This document shows, piece by piece, positions 1-11,527 of a stretch of DNA of 64,000 bases (position 1 is its first letter; each line of letters begins with the position of its first letter). The stretch comes from Squalus acanthias (taxonomy: Eukaryota): NCBI GenBank assembly GCA_030390025.1, contig CM059432.1, forward strand, positions 44,580,001 through 44,644,000. Reading direction: 5' to 3'. A model generated the notes under the pieces. It was not told the origin of the DNA. It saw only the letters and a program-made list of their open reading frames with translations, and searched no databases. The position numbers and the translations under genes were made by a program.

Positions 1-600
1 GTTTGGTAAAATAATGTAATCTGCAGTATTGCGTTTGATACTATCAATCTGTTATTTCTAATTAACATGTTCTTGTGGTTTATAGTCTATGCCACAGACT
101 GATATAATAGCTATTTTAGTCTAAGATATCATGAGAGGGTTCATGCCATATCCAGCGAGTTGAACACAGTAACAATAGTTTTTGTCCAACCCCCAGGCAA
201 TGCTACAAATCCACAAATTATGTGTATAGGGCCACACTTTGGTTTGCAGGGAGCAAGGGCACACTGATGAGATGGTCCATGACATTGAGCATAAAATAAA
301 TATCTGAGCAAAGCCCAAAAACTTAACAGTTGCATTTGTGACTTTTGATCAAGATTTGTGCCGATTCAATTGTTCCAATATCGCTAAATCTGTGCAAGTA
401 AAACCGTGTTAATTTGGCACAATGGTAACTGGGTCATAATATGAAATCACATTCATGAGAAGTGGTTCTGTGATGTAACTGGAGTATTAGATAAGACTGG
501 CTACAATAACTGGTTGCACATACAATAAGGCAAGCCAAAAAAAAAAACAGCACCCTGCACAGATCTAACAAATGAAAACAGCCCAACTCCTTCTATGGGA

Positions 601-815
601 ATACAATAGCAAAATACTGCGGATGCTGGAAATCTGAAATAACAACAGAAAATGCTGGAAGCACTCAGCAGGCCAGGCAGCATCCGTGGAGAGAGAAACA
701 GAGTTAACGTTTCAGGTCTGGGACCCTTCATCAGAATTCTGAAACGTTAACTCTGTTTCTCTCTCCACGGATGCTGCCTGGCCTACTGAGTGCTTCCAGC
801 ATTTTCTGTTGTTAT
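601..815. mobile_element. Penelope-like palindromic mini-element, family A, with hammerhead motif
   Basis: Inverted arms about 638-715 and 738-816; 13-bp direct repeat TCCTTCTATGGGA at 588-600 and 816-828; minus strand reads CTGATGA-AGGGTC-CCA-GACCT-GAAAC-GTT. Confidence 0.8.
702..738 (-). ncRNA. Minimal type I hammerhead ribozyme motif (family A)
   Basis: CUGAUGA core, stem II GGUC/GACC, GAAA, palindromic AACGUU stem III, GUU triplet; stem I imperfect in this copy. Confidence 0.6.
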
Positions 816-1055
816 TCCTTCTATGGGATATTTGCTGATTCACAATTCCTACTTCCTCATTTAAAAGTAACATTTTTCAGTCATTAAAATCAGTTTTATT
901 TAGATTTTTATTTCCCTGACAGTTAAGCAGCACTCACCAGATCCCAATGATGGGATCAAATGCTCAAAGAGGAGACAGTTTGGGTACAGACCAGGAACAT
1001 TCCCACGAGGGGGAAAGAAAGGTCATCCAAAGCTAGAACTCCCTGGATGACTAAA

Positions 1056-2677
1056 GGTCCTGGAGTTTCCACTCAGTTTTGCTTTTTTTTTTCAGCGCAA
1101 TTCACCCAAAATCGGAGAAACCAGTGCAAAAGGTCGCAGACTTTCAGGTAGAAATTATGTCCAGAGCAAATCAAGTTTCCGCGATCTTTTGTGCTAGTTT
1201 TTTTTTAAATCACACGAGAAGCTGGTTCGGCCCACAGAACTGGCCACACCCCCAGATCAAAATAATCACCATTGGGAGTTTCCGTTAACTGCACTCATTT
1301 GGGGCCTTCAATAAGGCTCTTTGGGGGAAAAATTCAGTTGGTTGCACCTCCCGTTAGCGCCTTAAGAGGGCGCTAATGGGGCGCAAAGCTTCTAGCGCCC
1401 AATCGCGGCGATGTTTGCGCCGCTCGCGAAATTAACTAGACATTTTGCGGCGGCACTGAACACTACAGCCACGATCTCCTGCGCCGGCAGATCGTGACGT
1501 CAGTCGAGTACGCAACGCCCCGGTATCGCCCCGGAGCAGATATTGAGTGGCGCCCCCTGCCTTACCGCCTGACGCTAGCAACGACAGGTTGAGGGGAGCG
1601 AATTGCAGTCATGAAGGGACTGGGGGAGCGCTATTTAAAGGCGACTGTTTCCTGCCTTTTATCGTTGGTGCCATTTTTGAACCACGCATTCTGAGAGAGA
1701 GAGAGACTTCTGGAGAGATTCAGCGCTGTGTGAAGGAGTTTTGGGTACTGAGCAGCACTTTGCAGGTTCATTTTGATTTGCCATTCCTTGTATCGATTTA
1801 GAAGAGACTGTGGGGGCTGCACTCTAAGCTCTTTCCCTGGTACTCTCCATTGTTCTTTCCAGCAGATTTGATGTGCAGGTCACTCCAGGCAGAGATTCAA
1901 GGCTGCAATGAGCAGGATGTGGATGGAAAGCAAGATCAACCATCCCCTTTAAGAACTGGCCCGTGCCATTGTGTGTGTGTTCCATTGCTGACTGACATCA
2001 CATGAGCTTCGCCAGCGCTCTGAGGTAGCGCCTCGCTCCTCGGCCTTTGCGCCTTAAGACAGGTGTGAAGCGCCTGATTTAGCGCTCCGATCACCTCCAG
2101 GGGCGATAAAAGTCAAGTTTGCAGTCGGTGGCGATAATTAGCGCCAGGCGCTAATCTTTGCGCCCGGCCGATAATTGCGCCCCAAATGGGGCGATACTGA
2201 ATTTCTCCCCCTTTAAATTAAGCTGGTACTTTTGGGCGCAAGGACACTAATAGGCCCGTTCTAAAAGCTTTTGAATATAATTTTCTTTTTACTTTACTAA
2301 GAAACTGATGCTTGTACACTGATACAACGAGCAAATGGTTATGCATAGCTTTTCAAAGTCACAGGTGGTGGACTAGACACTCTGATTAAAAATGGTTATC
2401 TTTTGTGATAAACCCATTTCCAGCTGTATTAATCAAACTGCACCAAGTTACCACTCCTAAATATATCAAGGAACATTTTTTAAAGCAAAAACATTTTTTT
2501 TAACAATTACATTCTAAAACGCTGGCCAATTGCGCTGGCTCATAACAGATTTTACATTCGGCGATATGCAAATGCGTTTGAGCGGAAACGTGAGGAAAAA
2601 AAATCTCACAACTAGCGCAATTTTGGGCGCAATTTGCGCACAGAGCGCCGATTGCACCCAAAATGGAAACTCTACCC
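1056..2677. mobile_element. Non-autonomous Harbinger-like DNA element (outer) inserted in CR1
   Basis: CR1 frame stops at PWMTK (about 1055) and resumes at LKHKREAY (about 2678); imperfect TIRs share GAGTTTCCA / TGGAAACTC; left end degenerate. Confidence 0.6.
1323..2211 (+). mobile_element. About 890-bp PIF/Harbinger MITE, copy 1
   Basis: TIR GGGGGAAAAATTCAGT / ACTGAATTTCTCCCCC; TSD TTT; near-identical copies at 5888 and 38504. Confidence 0.85.
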
Positions 2678-3412
2678 CTTGAAACACAAAAGAGAGGCTT
2701 ATGTTAAATGTCAGGTCTATAATACAGTAGAGAACCAAGCTGAATACAAAAGTTACAGGGGAGAAATGAAAAAGGGAGTAAGAGGGGCAAAGAGAGTGTG
2801 TGAGAATAGACTAATGGGTAGCATAAAGGGAACCTAAAAGTCTTTTATATACATATGAATAGTAAAAGGGTAGTCAAAGGAAGGGTGAGGCCAATTAGGG
2901 ATCAAAAAGGAGATCTTCTTGTGGAGGCAGAGGGCAGGGCTGAGGTATTAAATAAGTACTTTGTATCTGTGTTCACTAGAGAAGAGGATGCTACGAATGT
3001 CACAGTAAAGGAGGAGGTAGTGGAGCAATTGGATGGATAAAAATTGATGAAGAGGAGGAACTTAAAAGGTTGGCGGTGCTCAAAGTAGAAATGTCACCCA
3101 GTCCGGGGGATGTATCCAAGGATACTGAGGGAAGTAAGGGTGGAAATTGCAGAGGCTCTGGCCACAATCTTCCCATCCTCCTTAGCTATAGGAGTGCTGC
3201 CAGAGGACTGGAAGATTGAAAATGTTACACCCCTGTTCAAAAAAGGGGCGAGGGGTAAACCTGGCAACTACAGGCCAGTCAACCTAATGTCGGTGGTGGG
3301 GAAACTTTTAGAGATACTAATCTGGGACAAAATTAATTGGCACTTGGAAAAATATGGGTAAAAAGTGAAAGTCAGCACAGATTTGTTAAAAACAAATTAT
3401 GTTTGACTAATT

Positions 3413-4143
3413 CGCAACCTTGGTGCCATATTTGACCCTGAAATGAGCTTCCAACCACATATCCGCAGCATAACTAAGACTGCCTATTTCCACCTCTGTA
3501 ACATCGCCCGTCTCCGCCCTTGCCTCCGCTCATTCACTGCTGAAACCCTCATCCATGCCTTTGTTACCTCTAGACTTGACTATTCTAACGCACTACTGGC
3601 TGGCCTCCCACATTCTACCCTATGTAAACTTGAGGTCATCCAAAACTCGGCTGCCCGTGTCCTAACTCGCACCAAGTCCCGTTCATCCATCACCCCTGTG
3701 CTCGCTGACCTACATTGGCTCCCGGTTAAGCAACGCCTTGATTTCAAAATTCTCATCCTTGTTTCCAGATCCCTCCATGGCCTCGCTCCTCCCTAGCTCT
3801 GTAATCTCCTTCAGCCCCACAACCCTCCGAGATGTCTGCGCTCCTCTAATTCTGCCCTCCTAAGCATCCCTGATTATAATCGCTCAACCATTGGTGACCG
3901 TGCCTTCTGTTGCCTCGGCCCTAAGCTCTGGAATTCCCTGCCTAAACCTCTCTGCCTCTCTACCTCTCTTTCCTCCTTTAAGACGCTCCTTAAAACCTAC
4001 ATCTTTGACCAAGCTTTTGGTCACCTGCCCGAATTTCTCCTTATGTGGCTCGGTGTTAAATCTTTTGTCTTTTAATACTCCTGTAAAGTGCCTTGGGACG
4101 TTTTACTATGTTAAAGGCGCTATATAAATACAAGTTGTTGTTG
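3413..4143 (+). mobile_element. L2 LINE 3' fragment inserted in CR1
   Basis: ORF 3443-3796 with LIHAFVTSRLDYSN and LHWLPV, typical of the L2 ORF2 C-terminus; tail GGCGCTATATAAAT..(GTT)n; TAATT duplicated at 3408-3412 and 4144-4148. Confidence 0.9.
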
Positions 4144-5887
4144 TAATTTGACTGAGTTCTTTGATGAAGTAATGGAGAGGGTTAATGAGGGTGGTGTGAT
4201 TGGTGTTGTGTTTATGGACTTTCAAAAAGCATTTGATAAAGTACCACATAATAAACCTGCTAGCAAAATTGAAGCCCATGTGTTTAAAGGGGCAGTGGCT
4301 GCATGGATACATTTTTTAAAGCACAGAAAGCAGAGAGTAATGGTGAACGGTTGTTTTTCAGACTGGAGGGAAGTATGCAGTGGTGTCCCCCAGAGGTGGG
4401 TATGAGGACCACTGCTCTTTTTGATATATATTAATGACCTGGACTTGGGTATACAGGGCATCATTTCAAAATTTGTAGATGTCACAAAACTCGGAAATGT
4501 AGTAGTCAGTGAGGAGGATGGTAATTGACTTCAGGAGGACATGGACAGACTGGTAAAATGGGAGACACATGGCAGATGAAATTTAACACAGAGAAGTGTG
4601 AAGTGATTAATTTTGGTAGGAAGAATGAAGAGAGGCAATATAAACTAAATAGTACAATATTAAAGGGAGTGCAGGAACAGAGAGATCTGGTGCTGTACGT
4701 ACACAAATCTTTGAAAGAGGCATGACAGGATAAGCTGTTAAAAATGCATAAGGGATCCTTGGCTTTATAAATAGAGGCATAGAGCACAAAAGCAAGGAAG
4801 TTATGCTAAACCTTTATAAAACACTGGTTAGGTCCTAGCTGGAATATTGTGGCCAATTCTGGGCACTGCACTTTAGGAAGGATGTCAAGGCCTTGGAGAG
4901 AGTGTAGAGGCGATTTATTAGAATGGTTCCAGGGGTGCGGGACTTCAGTTATGTGGAGAGACTAGAGAAGCTGTGACTGTTCTCCTTAGAGCAGTGAAGG
5001 TTAAGGAGCGATTTGATAGAGGTGTTCAAAATCATGAAGGGTTTTGATAGAGTAAATAAGGAGAAACTGTTTCCAGTGGCAAAAGGGCCAGTAACCAGAG
5101 GACACAGATTTAAGGTAATTGGCAAAAGAACCAGAGGTGAGATGAGGAAATAAAATATTACACAGCGAGTTATTATGATCTGGAATGCACTGCCTGAAAG
5201 GGTGGAGGATGCAGATTCAATAGTAACTTTAGAAAGGGAATTGGATAAATACTTGAAGGGAAAAATTTGCAGGGCTATGGGGAATGAGCAGGGGAATGGA
5301 CTAATTGGATAGCTCTTTCAAAGAGCCAGTACAGGCACGCTGGGGCGTATGGCCTCTTTCTGTGCTGTGTATTCTATGATTCTAAGTATAGTACATACAC
5401 CTAGAAACAAAATAATCTTGAGCCACATACACACCATTATTATGTTACACTGATAGGCCTCACATAACATTATCTTCAAAAACTTAATCAATATTAAATA
5501 TTTTGAATAATTGCACCTTCATTGTTCATTCTTTTTTAACATTAACTTTTTAAATCTTTGTAGTTACACAAATTGTCTCAGTTGTTTTTGACATATATGG
5601 CCTTTGCAAAATAAAAAATACCACTCCTGAAGTAATCCTGTCGGCTGCAGAATATCCCTTCACTTCTGAGAAGATTTTAATACAAATGCCTTGATATTTA
5701 AAATACATGTTTTCTTTTACAATCAACCTGCTGTAGTCTGAGTCCATATATTTCCTATCACTACGTCAAACGTTGAACTTGATCTTAATGCTAAAAGAGG
5801 CATTAAATTACATTACAATCCACATTGTAAGAATCAACAGTTCTTAGCAAATTGTAGGGCCTTAAAAAAATGATGGATGAAATCCTA

Positions 5888-6780
5888 GGGGGAGAAATTC
5901 AGTATCGCCCCATTTGGGCTGCAATTATCGGCCGGGCGCAAAGATTAGCGCCTGGCGCTAATTATTTCCACCGACTGCAAACTTGACTTTTATCGCCCCT
6001 GGAGGTGATTGGAGCGCTAAATCAGGCGCTTCACACCTGTCTTAAGGCACAAAGGCCGAGGGGCGAGGCGCTACCTCAGAGCGCTGGCGAAGCTCATGTG
6101 ATGTCAGTCAGCAATGGAACACACACACAATGGCACGGGCCAGTTCTTAAAGGGGATGGTTGATCTTGCTTTCCATCCACATCCTGCTCATTGCAGCCTT
6201 GAATCTCGGCCTGGAGAGACCTGCACATCAAATCTGCTGGAAAGAACAATGGAGAGTACCAGGGAATGAGCTCAGAGTGCAGCCCCCACACTCTCTTCTA
6301 AATCGATACAAGGAATGGCAAATCAAAATGAACCTGCAAAGTGCTGCTCAGTACCCAAAACTCCTTCACACAGCGTTGAATCTCTCCAGAAGTCTCTCTC
6401 CCTCTCTCTCAGAATGCGTGGTTCAAAAATGGCACCAACAATAAAAGGCAGGAAGCGGTCGCCTTTAAATAGCGCTCCCCCAGTCCCTTCATGACTGCAA
6501 AACGCTCCCCTCAATCTGTCGTTGCTAGCGTCAGGCGGTAAGGCAGGGGGCGCCACTCAATATCCGCTCCGGGGCGATACCAGGGCGTTGCGCACTCGAC
6601 TGACGTCACGATCTGCCGGCGCAGGAGATCGTGGCGGCAGTGTTTAGCGCCGCCGCAAAATGTCTAGTTAATTTCGTGAGCGGCGCAAACATCGCCGCGC
6701 CTGGGCGCTAGATGATTTGCGCCCCATTAGCGCCCTCTTAAGGCGCTAACCGGAGGCGCAACCAACTGAATTTTTCCCCC
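5888..6780 (-). mobile_element. About 890-bp PIF/Harbinger MITE, copy 2 (inverted)
   Basis: Reverse complement of 1323-2211; TSD CTA. Confidence 0.85.
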
Positions 6781-7332
6781 CTAGTGTTTATTACTGATTG
6801 GACCGTTAGGTACATCTCTCAGTGCATACAAATGGGAAGCATCTTACAAAGCAAGGAAATTTTAACTTACTCATCAAACTTAAAACAGAATAAATCTGAG
6901 TTACTATTTTGAAGGAACCTAGTAATATAAGTACTGTTGATTTTCAGTATTAGAATTACAATAAAACATATCTTAAATATAAAACTTGCTCAGTCGATAC
7001 TCCAGCGTGATTATTGATGGTAAAGCCAGCAAAGACTTTCAAAAACCAGCAGATGGATTAATCTTTATTCCACACAAGGATAAAGATTAAAAATGGAGAT
7101 ATGTATTAGGCTGAACGTGAAATGTGGCAATTTAGATTTTGTTTTCATGGAAAACCTTCATAATCTCATATGAGTGCTTGTTTTCTCAGAGAGCAATAAA
7201 AATAGCTATTATTATTCAGTTCTTTCATTGTTAGCTGAAAATGTTTGTTGTTTGTCATGGCATTGTTATTTGGGAGGTATAGGCAGTGACAAATAAGGTA
7301 TGGCAGATACTGGACAATGGAGACATAATAGG

Positions 7333-8103
7333 CTAGAAAGCACTCTTGGTGATATCAACGGACAAACACTTCACGCATTCATATGGCATTACTCTGTCCA
7401 ATATTTTAACTGAGGCATTAACCTCTTAATGCCTGTGTTCAAATAACAGACAGGAGAATAACATGCAAATGGGTTAAGTGTTCAGCACCCAATATCGCCA
7501 ACAGTAGTTTCTAACCTATCATGGAACATTACTTTTTATTGTACAATAGTGCCCTCTTCAGGGTTAAATCAAGAGTATGGTAGACTGGATAACCATTAAT
7601 GCTAACCAAGCACAAATAAAATATACAATATAAGCAGATAAGTTTAAAAAAAACTCTTTTCAAAAGATCCTTACAATTTTACCAAAATTTTAATTTAACC
7701 AAACAGCAATATTCTGATCAATTCAACAGCAGCATCAAAAGATGTCTGAAAGTGGCTCTCTGCATTTGGACCTGTAAGAAAGAAAGGAAAAACAGACTTG
7801 CATTTTTATAGCGCCTGCCACGATCACCGGACGTCTCAAAGTGCTTTACAGCCAATGAAGTACTTTTGAAATGGAGTCACTGTTGTAATGTGGGAAACAT
7901 TGATGTAAAACATGTTTAAAACTAGATAACTGGGTGTTTAATTATGAATAATCAATCATGGATCAACAAACATACTGGAGACTCCACCTCTAATGTCTGT
8001 TATTTATAGGATGCACAAGTAACTAGATTAACTAGAAATTACTCTTGGTGCTATCAATGGACAAACACTTCATGCATTCATATGGCATTCCTCTGTCCAA
8101 TAT
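7333..8103 (+). repeat. Dispersed 72-bp direct repeat pair (7333-7404 and 8032-8103)
   Basis: 66/72 identical by manual alignment, no indels. Confidence 0.85.
7775..7900 (-). mobile_element. DeuSINE 3' tail fragment
   Basis: Reverse complement of the 3' end of 43030-43451; a similar fragment lies at about 52833-52947. Confidence 0.75.
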
Positions 8104-8242
8104 GGTTAGAACTACAATGAATATTTCCTGTTTGAAGTAGTGTGTATTCATCCTACTTTCTCCCAATTCACCAGGAACACAATAACCATGACCTATTACT
8201 GAAACCCATGCTTAAATGATGCAATATTAATTGTTACAGGGT

Positions 8243-10798
8243 AAACATAGAAACATAGAAACATAGAAAATAGGTGCAGGAGTAGACCATTCGGTCCTTC
8301 GAGCCTGCACCGCCATTCAATGCGTTCATGGCTGAACATGCTACCTCAGTACCCCATTCCTGCTTTCTCGCCATACCCCTTGATCCCCCTAGTTGTGAGT
8401 ATTATATCTAACTCCCTTTTGAATATATTTAGCGAACTGGCCTCAACAACCTTCTGTGGTAGAGAATTCCACAGATTCACCACTCTCTGGGTGAAGAAGT
8501 TCCTCCTCATCTCAGTCTTAAATGGCTTCCCCTTTATCCTTAGACTGTGACCCCTGGTTTTAGTTTTCCCTAACATTGGAAACATTCTGCCCGCATCTAA
8601 TTTGTCTAAACCAGTCAGGATTTTAAACGTCTCTATAAGATCCCCCCTCATTCTTCTGAACTCCAGAGGATACAAGTTCAGTTGATCCAGTCTTTCTTGA
8701 TATGTCAGTCTGGCCATCCCAGGAATCAATCTAGTGAACCTTCGTTGCACTCCCTCAATAGCAAGAATGTCCTTCCTCAAGTTAGGAGACCAAAACTGCA
8801 CACAATACTCCAGGTGTGGCCTCACCAAGGCCCTGTACAACTGTAGCATCACCTCCCTACTCCTGTACTCAAATCCCCTTGCTATGAAGGCCATCATGCC
8901 ATTTGCTTTCTTGACTGCCTGCTGCACTTGCCTTCCCACCTTCAGTGACTGATGTACCATGACGCCCAGGTCTCGTTGCACCTCCCCTTTCCCTAATCTG
9001 CCACCATTCAGGTAATAGTCTGCCTCCCTATTTTTACCACCAAAGTGGATAACCTCACATTTATCCACATTGTACTTCATCTGCCATACATTTGCCCATT
9101 CACCCAACCTGTCCAAGTCACTCTGTAGCCTCCTAGCATCCTCCTCATTGTTCACACTGCCTCCCAATTTAGTGTCATCCGCAAATTTGGAGATATTACA
9201 ATTAATCCCTTCGTCCAAATCATTAATATATAATGTAAACAGCTGGGGCCCCAGCACCGAACCCTGCGGTACCCCGCTGGTCACTGCCTGCCATTCTGAA
9301 AAGTACCCATTTACTCCTACTCTTTGTTTCCTGTGTGCCAACCAGTTCTCAATCCACGTCAACACATTACCCCCAATCCCATGTGCTTTAACTTTGAACA
9401 CCAATCTCTTGTGTGGGACCTTGTCGAAGGCCTTCTGAAAGTCCAAATACACCACATCTACTGGTTCCCCCCCCGTCCACCCTATTGGAAACATCCTCAA
9501 AAAATTCCAGGAGATTTGTCAAGCATGATTTCCCTATCACAAATCCATGCTGACTTGGACCTATCATGTCGCCACTTTCCAAATGGTCTCTTATGACATC
9601 TTTAATAATTGATTCCATCATTTTACCCACCACCGATGTCAGGCTGACCAGTCTATAATTCCCTGCTTTCTCCCTCCCTCCTTTTTTAAAAAGAGGGATT
9701 ACATTAGCCACCCTCCACTCCTTCGGAACTGATCCAGAGTCTAAGGAATGTTGGAAAATGATCGTCAATGCATCCACTATTTCCAAGGCCACCTCCTTAA
9801 GTACTCTGGGATGCAGACCATCAGGCCCTGGGGATTTATCAGCCTTCAGTCCCATCAATTTCCCCAACACCTTTTCCCGACTGATAAGGATTTCCCTCAG
9901 CTCCTCCCTCTTACCAGATCCTTTGATCTCTTTTATTTCCGGAAGGTTGTTTGTGTCCTCCACAGTAAACACCGAACCAAAGTACTTGTTCAATTGATCT
10001 GCCATTTCCTTGTTCCCCATTACGACTTCCCCTGTTTCTGACTGCAGGGGACCTACGTTTGTTTTTACTAACCTCTTTCTTTTTACATATTTATAGAAGC
10101 TTTTGCAGTCCGTTTTAATGTTCTCCGCAAGCTTCCTTTCATATTTTATTTTCCCTGCCCTAATCAAACCCTTCGTCCTCCTCTGCTGAGTTTTAAAGTT
10201 CTCCCAGTCCCCGGGTTTGCTGCTACTTCTGGCCAATTTGTATGCCACTTCCTTGCTTTTAATACTATCCCTGATTTCCCTTGTTAGCCATGGTTGAGCC
10301 ACCTTCCCTTTTTTATTTTTACGCCAGACAGGGATGTACAATTGCTGTAGTTCATCCATGCGATCTCTAAATGTCTGCCATTGCCCTTCCACTGATAACC
10401 CCTTAAATATCGCTAACCTCGCCAATTCACGCCTCATACCCTCAAAGTTGCCCTTATTTAAGTTCTGGACCATGGTCTCTGAATTAACTGTTTCCTTCTC
10501 CATCCTAATGTAGAACTCCACCATACTATGGTCACTCTTCCCCAAGGGGCCTCGCACCACAAGATTGCTGATTAGTCCTTCCTCATTACACAACACCCAG
10601 TCCAGGATGGCCTCCCCTCTAGTTGGTTCCTCAACATATTGGTTTAGGAAACCATCCCTTAAACACTCCAGGAAATCCTCCTCCACCGTATTGCTTCCAG
10701 TTTGAGTAGCCCAATCTATATGCATATTAAAGTCACCCATGATAACTGCTGCGCCTTTTTTGCATGCACCTCTGATTTCCTGTTTCATACCCTCCCCC
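8243..10798 (-). mobile_element. Young CR1 LINE, 5'-truncated; ORF2 (partial endonuclease plus RT) intact apart from one frameshift
   Basis: ORFs 10788-9388 (MGDFN, LGKSDH) and 9500-8346 (QGSVLGP, KFADD); tail (TTTCTATG)3. Confidence 0.95.
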
Positions 10799-11014
10799 AG
10801 AAAGAAAGAAGAAGCTAGGCATCTTCATTCAAAACCAGATCAAATAAATATCTCAAGACAAGAGACAGATTTCTATGGTTAAAATAACTACGGAATTCAC
10901 AAAATCTGGAAGAAGGGATAATGAACCACCTGGATAGGTACGGTATGGTAACAGAGAGTCAGCATAGATTTATAGATGGGTGGTGTTTTCTAATAAATGT
11001 ACTGGAGTTGTATT

Positions 11015-11404
11015 CGTCAGCTTGAATTAGAAGATTGTGAGGTCAAATTCGAATCTAGGACTTGAGTACATAATTTAAGTTGACCTTTCAATGGAGAGCT
11101 TTAGATGCTGTCTTTCAGAGGAGATGTTAAACTGAGGCCTTGTCTACCTGAGTAGGTGGCCATCAAGTATGCCAATGGTATTTTAAGAAGAGCAAAGAGT
11201 TCTGCCGGTGTCCTGTCCAAAATACATCCCTCAACTAACACTACCAAAAAACAGATGGGCTGGTTATTCATCTCATTTGCTGTTTGTGGGACCTTGCTGT
11301 GGGCAGAATCAGCTGTCGTATATACGTACATGTCAAGGGTAATTCATTGGCTGTTAAAATATTTGAGGGTGTGAAAGGAGCTATATTAATTCAAGTTCTT
11401 TCTC
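11015..11404 (+). mobile_element. DeuSINE (SacSINE1-like), diverged
   Basis: Colinear with 43030-43451 including the central domain and L2-like tail. Confidence 0.7.
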
Positions 11405-11527
11405 TGCGAAAATCATGGACCCTGTTGACAATGGACATTTTATAGATGTGATAAATATAGATTTCAGCAAGGCTTTTGATAATGTGCAACACAAGTGATT
11501 AGTCCACAAAGTAGGAGGGTATGGAAT

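Larger units (their letters stand above)
936..5385 (+). mobile_element. CR1 LINE, 5'-truncated and decayed ORF2, interrupted by MITEs and an L2 fragment
   Basis: ORF pieces PWMTK, LNKYFVSVFT, GNYRPVNL, DFQKAFDKVPH, WQMKFNTEKCEV; CR1-type 3' end ...TTCTATGATTCTA. Confidence 0.9.

Noticed and set aside
6160..6444. Conserved small ORF in the three 890-bp MITE copies
   Set aside because: Non-ATG starts, differing lengths and frameshifts in the GA repeat; similarity is explained by recent copying
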